NCBI GenBank assembly: GCA_043228905.1
Contig: JBHGNT010000001.1
Location: 17,546,001-17,610,000, forward strand
Source of the DNA: Azolla caroliniana
Lineage: Eukaryota; Plantae; Polypodiophyta
Length of the DNA: 64,000 nt
Direction: 5' to 3'
Part shown: positions 58,300-64,000 of the stretch, in pieces
Layout: each line of letters opens with the position of its first letter
Position numbering within the stretch: position 1 is the first letter of the stretch
Notes under the pieces: model-generated
The model's input: only the letters and a program-made list of their open reading frames with translations
Told to the model about the DNA's origin: nothing
The model's database searches: none
Program-made: the position numbers and the translations under genes

Positions 58300-61200
58300 T
58301 GCATGATACACCTGCGTTTTTTGTTGTTCGGTTTCCTATATTGCTTCCGCATGCCATTCTTTTCATGGTATCAGAGCTCGAGGGTTGAGAACCTCTGCAA
58401 TCAACTTTGCTTGAAGGAAAAACCAATGAAGAAGAACAAGAAAACCGATGGACAGAGGAATGGCTAGCTCGCTTCCGACGGAGAAGCTTGACAAAACCAA
58501 CTATGCATCTTGGTCCTACAAGATGCACCAGTACCTGCTCAGACACGGTTACTGGAGCTATTTCGATGGAGAAAATGACACATCACCTGATTCGACACAC
58601 AAAGACTTCCCGGCGTGGGAACAATCGGCGAGCAGAGTGGTGTACTATTTCGCGTCTTTTGTGGGCGAACAACTATTAAGCTACGTTCGGGATGCAAAAA
58701 CGCCGAAGGGTGCGTGGGAAAATCTGAAGAAGATCTTTGCAGTGAGCACCACAGCCAGGAAGCTTCAACTCCGACAGGAGTTGAGCAACCTACGACAAGG
58801 CGATTTGTCGGTGGCTGATTATACCTCGAAGATCAAGGACATATGTGACTCCTTAGCTTTCCATCGATGTGAACATCGAGGAAAGCGAGATGGTCTAGGT
58901 CTGTCTCGGGGGTTTGGCGTCAAAGTTCGGAGCGTTCCGACATGTTGTGTGTACATGGGAGAATATGCCATCGTTTTTCGACTTACAGTCGATGGTCCTT
59001 ATAGAGGAGAACCACATGGGTGTGTCGACAAGCACACATGCCGACAACAAGATGCTGTACATGGAGGGAGAGAGACCCCGTGGTCGTGGCGGACGAGGCG
59101 AGTCGGTACACAATGGAGGCGGCCAACGGGATCAAGGAAGAAGGCACTGAAGTGATGCCGACAACAATTCCGGACCCTCTGGAAACAGGGGGAGTCGAGG
59201 CGACGAGAACCGGCAAGGGAAATCCACCGTGGAATGCTGGTACTATGGCAAGAAAGGCCACAGGGAGAGCGAGTGCTAAAAAAAGCGCGCCGATTCGGAG
59301 AGAACCGGGTCCGGACAGGCCGACAAAGGAAATAGGCAACGATCGCACTATGCCGAAGGATCTGGAGAAGCCGGAAAAGGGTCAGTCTTCGTGACGAGAC
59401 ATGAAGCAAACTCAATGAAGAAGATCACCCCGAAGTCGGAGGAGGTGTGGTACATCGACTCCGGCGCGTCAAACCAGATGACGTGCTACGAGGAGTGGTT
59501 CTCATACCTTGAGAAACTGATGCAACCAGGAGTAGTCGCAACCGGAGACGACACTCCGCATCCGATTGCGAATGTCGGTGAAGTTCCCTTGAGCCATGTC
59601 GGGTAGAAAGGGAAACTTATGAACATGTTACACGTCCCGACAATCACGAAGAATCTGGTGTCGGTCGGGCAGATCGTCAACCAAGGGATGCAGGTTCGGT
59701 TTACACACCTCGGGTGGTTCATTGAGGAAGAAGGCCGCGTTATTGCGCAAGGGCGCAGAGACGGGAGGATGTTTATGGTTGACTCTAGTGACGGTGGCAC
59801 TGCAATGTTCGCGAAAGGACAAAAAGTCGAGTTGGACATCGACTTATGGCACAAGAGGATAGGCCACGTCAACTATCAACAGCTTCAGGACCTGCAATCA
59901 AAACAGGTGGTGTTCAGATTGCCCAAATGTAGTGGCCGGAAGGCACAAATTTGTGAAGCCTGCCAGCTTGGGAAGCAACACTGACTTCCCTTCCCCAACG
60001 AGCGTAACTGGAGCCAGAACAAGCTCGACTTAATACACTCCGATGTGTGGGGGCCGGCACAAAACGTTAGTCTTGGTGGGAGCTGATATTTCATCTCCTT
60101 CATCGACGACTACACGCGGCACACGTGGATCTACCTCATTGAGAGGAAGAGCGAAGTCTTCGACTATTTTCAGGACCTCAAAGGGTTCGTGGAAACGGAA
60201 ACAGGAAGGAAGATCAAGTGTCTGCGGTCGGATGGTGGAAAAGAATACTTTTTCGGTCAATTCAACAATTATCTACAACAGATGGGAATTCAACGTGAAT
60301 TTAGTTGTAGATACACGCCGGAGCAAAACGGTGTGGCAGAGAGGAAAAATCGGTTGGTTGTGGAAGTGGCACGGGCAATGCTGGAAGAAAAGAGCTTGCC
60401 CAAGTTCTATTGGGCCGAGGTGGTACAAACCACGGTATACATCCAGAACCGGATCGGAGACAAAGTGTCGGCACATGAGCTATATTTCGGAATGAAGCCG
60501 AACTTGCGACACTTACGAGTTTTCGGTACCATTGCATATGTGCATGTGCCGAAGGAGAAACGGAGGAAGCTGGACGCAAAGGTCGAGAAATGTATTTTGG
60601 TCGGTTACTCAGACGAGCAGAAGGGTTATAAGTGTTATAACCCGCGCACCAAACAAGCGCGCGTGAGCCGCGACGTTGTGTTTGACAAGTCCGCATCCTG
60701 GTACTTGCCTCCGACTCTGGACCTCACCTCCAATCCGAGTTCTGAGGATGAGGTCAGCGAGGCCGAGATGCCTTCGGATGAGCTTGAAATCGGGACCCGC
60801 GAAGAGAGTCCGATTTCGTTTCGGTTAAGCGGACCGAATGGATGACTGAGTCGGTTCAACCAGTCCGATGAAGAGCCGGTGAGTAGTGGAGACTCGGCCG
60901 TGGAAGAGATGCACGCATTGGCGGAAAACGAGACCTGGGAGCTGGTTGACGCACCGAAGGGTGTGAAGCCGGTCGGATGTAGGTGGGTGTACAAGGTCAA
61001 GTACAAACACCGACGGCTCAGTCAACCGATACAAGGCCCCGTTAGTGTCAAAAGGCTACGCGCAGAAACACGGCATCGACTACGATGAGACGTTTGCGCC
61101 GGTCGCGAAGATGACGACCGTCCGTGTTTTGCTCGCGGTAACTGCGGCAAAGGGGACCCCCCGGATTTCACTCCGGAACGAACATGTCGGCAGTGTGCCA

Positions 61201-61454
61201 ATTGAAGAAGTCCCTTTACGGACTGAAGCAAACCCCACGTGCCTAGAACGCGAAGATCACGTAGCAACTGCGTCGGATGGGCTTTGCAACATCAAAATCA
61301 GACTCTTCCCTGTTTATCCGGAAAGGTCGACTTGGTCCGGTCAGCATTTTCTATATGTTGATGACTTGGTCATCACTAGCATCAACCTGGGTGAAATCGA
61401 CCACGTGAAGCTCCAGCTTGCGGCATCATTCGACATGAAGGATCTGGAGGACCT
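58300..61454 (+). mobile_element. Ty1/Copia element J (same family as I), truncated and internally deleted
   Basis: LTR end ...ttttca at 58365; PBS 58366-58377; gag MDRGMASSLPTEKLD at 58448; PR, INT and partial RT; cut by an LTR at 61455. Confidence 0.9.
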
Positions 61455-61861
61455 TGTTGCCGATTAGGAACACGGTCTGCGGTCAGTCCTTCGACCTAGA
61501 CCCCAGAGTGGGTGTGGAACAACGAACAGGTGTTTAAGCGTAATGCGTAGGGGGAGAATTCCTGTAACCTATCAGTGTATAAGGGAGACGACTACAACCA
61601 AATCCCTATCAAGGGTACACTTACGTACTTAAACGCTTAGGTATTCAAGACACACAGTGAATTAGCCGTAGCTATACACAGGAAATCAAAGAAGATAGAA
61701 TTCTATTATCAGGCGTTTCTTTACATTCCCAAAATTGCACGCACCCTCTATCAGAGGTTTTCTGCCCTTTATATACGTAGGGTCTATTTAGCCGTTCACG
61801 CTTCCTGCGTGAACCGTTACATGCATTATGCTCCTATATTATTTCCTATTCCTACGCTTTT
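61455..61861 (-). repeat. Probable LTR fragment of another family, interrupted by Copia B'
   Basis: Begins TGTTG exactly where RT homology stops; minus-strand TATA (gtatataaag) near 61767-61776. Confidence 0.5.
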
Positions 61862-64000
61862 TGTTGGGAGACAGGTCCCTCCGGATGGAAGAGAGAAGAA
61901 CAGTGCCGATGAACAAACTCGGCCGAGTACCCGGCTATGGAGAGCCGGATGGTGCAGACCCGGTGAGGAATGCTCACCGGATGAAGAGACATATTCGTAA
62001 ATATGTTTCTGAGCATCCATCGAGGCTATATTTGTAAATAGCCGAAAAATCATATTAGTATAAATATGACTTAGGGCAAAATTTTAGTTTTTTTGTTGTT
62101 GTCATTTCTTGTTGGTGCAAGGTGAGAGAGAGCGCGTAACTGTGTATATATATATAGAGAGAGAAAGAGGTCGTTGCCTCTGTTGTAATCACCACCTGTG
62201 GCGAAGATAGAAAGCTCGAGGTCGTTGCCTCAGTGCTTTACTGTTGTATACCGTAACATAGTGATAGTTTGCAGCCTGTGGGCTGCCGTGGTTTTTTCCC
62301 TACTATGGGTTTTCCACGTAAACATCCTGTGTGCTCCTCTCTTCACTGTGTCGTTCATTATTTCCCATATTCTGTGTATGATTCTAAGCTCGGTTGTGGC
62401 CGAGCGTTGCGTATAAGGAGCCTTGAGTTCCCGTCAAGTGGTATCAGAGCGAAACGACACAGAATATGGACGAATCGTTGGGAGGCATGTTCAAGCTCAC
62501 CGGCTCCAACTATTCGGTGTGGAAGTTGAAGATGAGGGACATGCTCGTGGTTAAAGATCTCTAGCTGCCGGTTCAATTCGTGGACAAGAGACCGGACAAA
62601 ATCGACGCCGCGATATGGGAGGTGATGCACATGAAGACAACGACGTACATACGGTGCTTCATCGACATGAGCCTGTACAACAACTTCAATGAAGAGAGCA
62701 AGGCTCATGAGCTCTGGGAGAAGATCGGCATAATGTTTCAAAACAAAAATGTTGTTAATCAGGTTTCGGTATTCCGGAAGCTAGTAAGACTCCGGTACCA
62801 AGATGGTTCCAGCATGGTGGAGCACATGAATGCCTTCTAGGGGCTGATACACCAGGCAACATCATTGGAAGTACTTCTCGCCGACAAGGTACTAGCGCTA
62901 CTCCTGCTCGGTTCCCTCCCGGATAGGTGGGAGACGTTGGTTGTCACTTTGGGCAACGCCGGGCCGGAAGGGAAACGGTTATCCCTAGCAAGAGTAAAGT
63001 TGAGTTGCTAGATGAGGAGGCGCGTCGGAAAGATAAGGATACGAGCTCCAACTCCAAAGTGCTCCTTACCGAATCGGAACGCGGAAGACATAGAAACCGT
63101 AGTCCCAAGAACCGGGAAAAGTCGGGGACACGGTCAAAGTCAAGGGGGAGGCCTACTTGCTTCTATTGTGGCAAGCCGGGACACTTCCAAAAGAACTGTC
63201 AGCATTTCCGAAAAGACAAGGAAACCGACAGTACCGATTTTAAGCGGATACCGGACCCGAACGGTAAAGACCGGAGGGGGCCGGACCGGAAGGGAACGAC
63301 GGCAATCACGGCAAGTGAAGAAGAGTTGATGCTCATCACCGAGGAGAGTGAGATAAACCTTGCCGGCGACGAGATGACCTGGGTGGTAGACTCCGGAGCG
63401 TCGTTCCACCTAACCCCGGACCGGAAATGCTTCTCATTCTACTCAGCCGGTGATCACGGCTGTGTCCGGATGGGGAATGAAGGTACATGCCGAATTGTCA
63501 GCACAGGAGACGTGTGGCTGACAACACCAACCGGATGCAAGTTGCTGCTGAAGGATGTCCGACACGTTCCGGAGGTTCGTCTGAACCTGATATCAGCCGG
63601 TCGGCTAGATGATGAAGGCTACACGGGTAGCATCCGGAACGGTGTCATGAAGTTCAACAAAGGGAGCCTGATTGTGGCTCGGGCCCGGAAGGTCAACACA
63701 CTGTACCTGATGAATGCCCGGTTATGTCCGGAAGAAGTGAACGTGGCATTCGACACTGCCGGTGAGCTGTGGCACAAGAGGTTGTGTCATATGAGCGAGA
63801 AGGGGATGAAGAGGCTTGCAGAGGACAACCTCATTCCAGTGAAGAACGTGCACTTGGAGAAATGCACTGATTGTCTGGCCAGTAAGCAAAACCGGACCTC
63901 CTTCCGACCAAGGCCACCGATGAGACGTAATGCGCCACTGGAGTTGGTGCATACGGATGTGTGTCAAGTAGACATGAAGTCACATGCCGGAGCGCAGTAC
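61862..64000 (+). mobile_element. Ty1/Copia element B' (same family as B), 5' part; runs off the window
   Basis: LTR 61862-62436; PBS 62439-62450; gag-pol from ATG 62466 with TAG stops and a frameshift; closely similar to the reverse complement of 1990-4240. Confidence 0.93.

Noticed and set aside
1747-64000. Giant element bounded by inverted Copia B copies
   Set aside because: The LTRs differ in repeat number and indels, and each has its own insertion junction; independent insertions are the simpler explanation.

Overview
Repeat-dense plant nuclear DNA, probably from a non-seed land plant such as a fern or lycophyte (inference from the TE families and intron style). Most of the window is nested, decayed LTR retrotransposons: several tRNA-iMet-primed Copia elements, a Tat-type Gypsy with an extra RNase H, and a tRNA-Trp-primed non-autonomous element. 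There is one apparently intact host gene, a DnaJ + Zn-ribbon + DUF3444 protein (34801-37500, minus strand). The stand-out is a 7.7-kb DNA transposon (23657-31380) with 33-bp perfect TIRs and a 4-bp TTAT target-site duplication. It sits inside a non-autonomous hAT-type element, which itself interrupts a Gypsy integrase. It carries two divergent genes: a Sola-like/DUF7869-like DDD transposase with a C-terminal Tudor/BAH-like domain, and a six-exon gene for a ParB-like domain fused to a prokaryote-type beta-class N6A/N4C DNA methyltransferase. Both genes carry lesions in this copy. Other notable items are a tandem array of tRNA-like Pol III heads joined to perfect hairpins, and an LTR insertion with no TSD that appears to replace 8 nt of its target. 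All calls come from motif reading and manual alignment, with no database searches.
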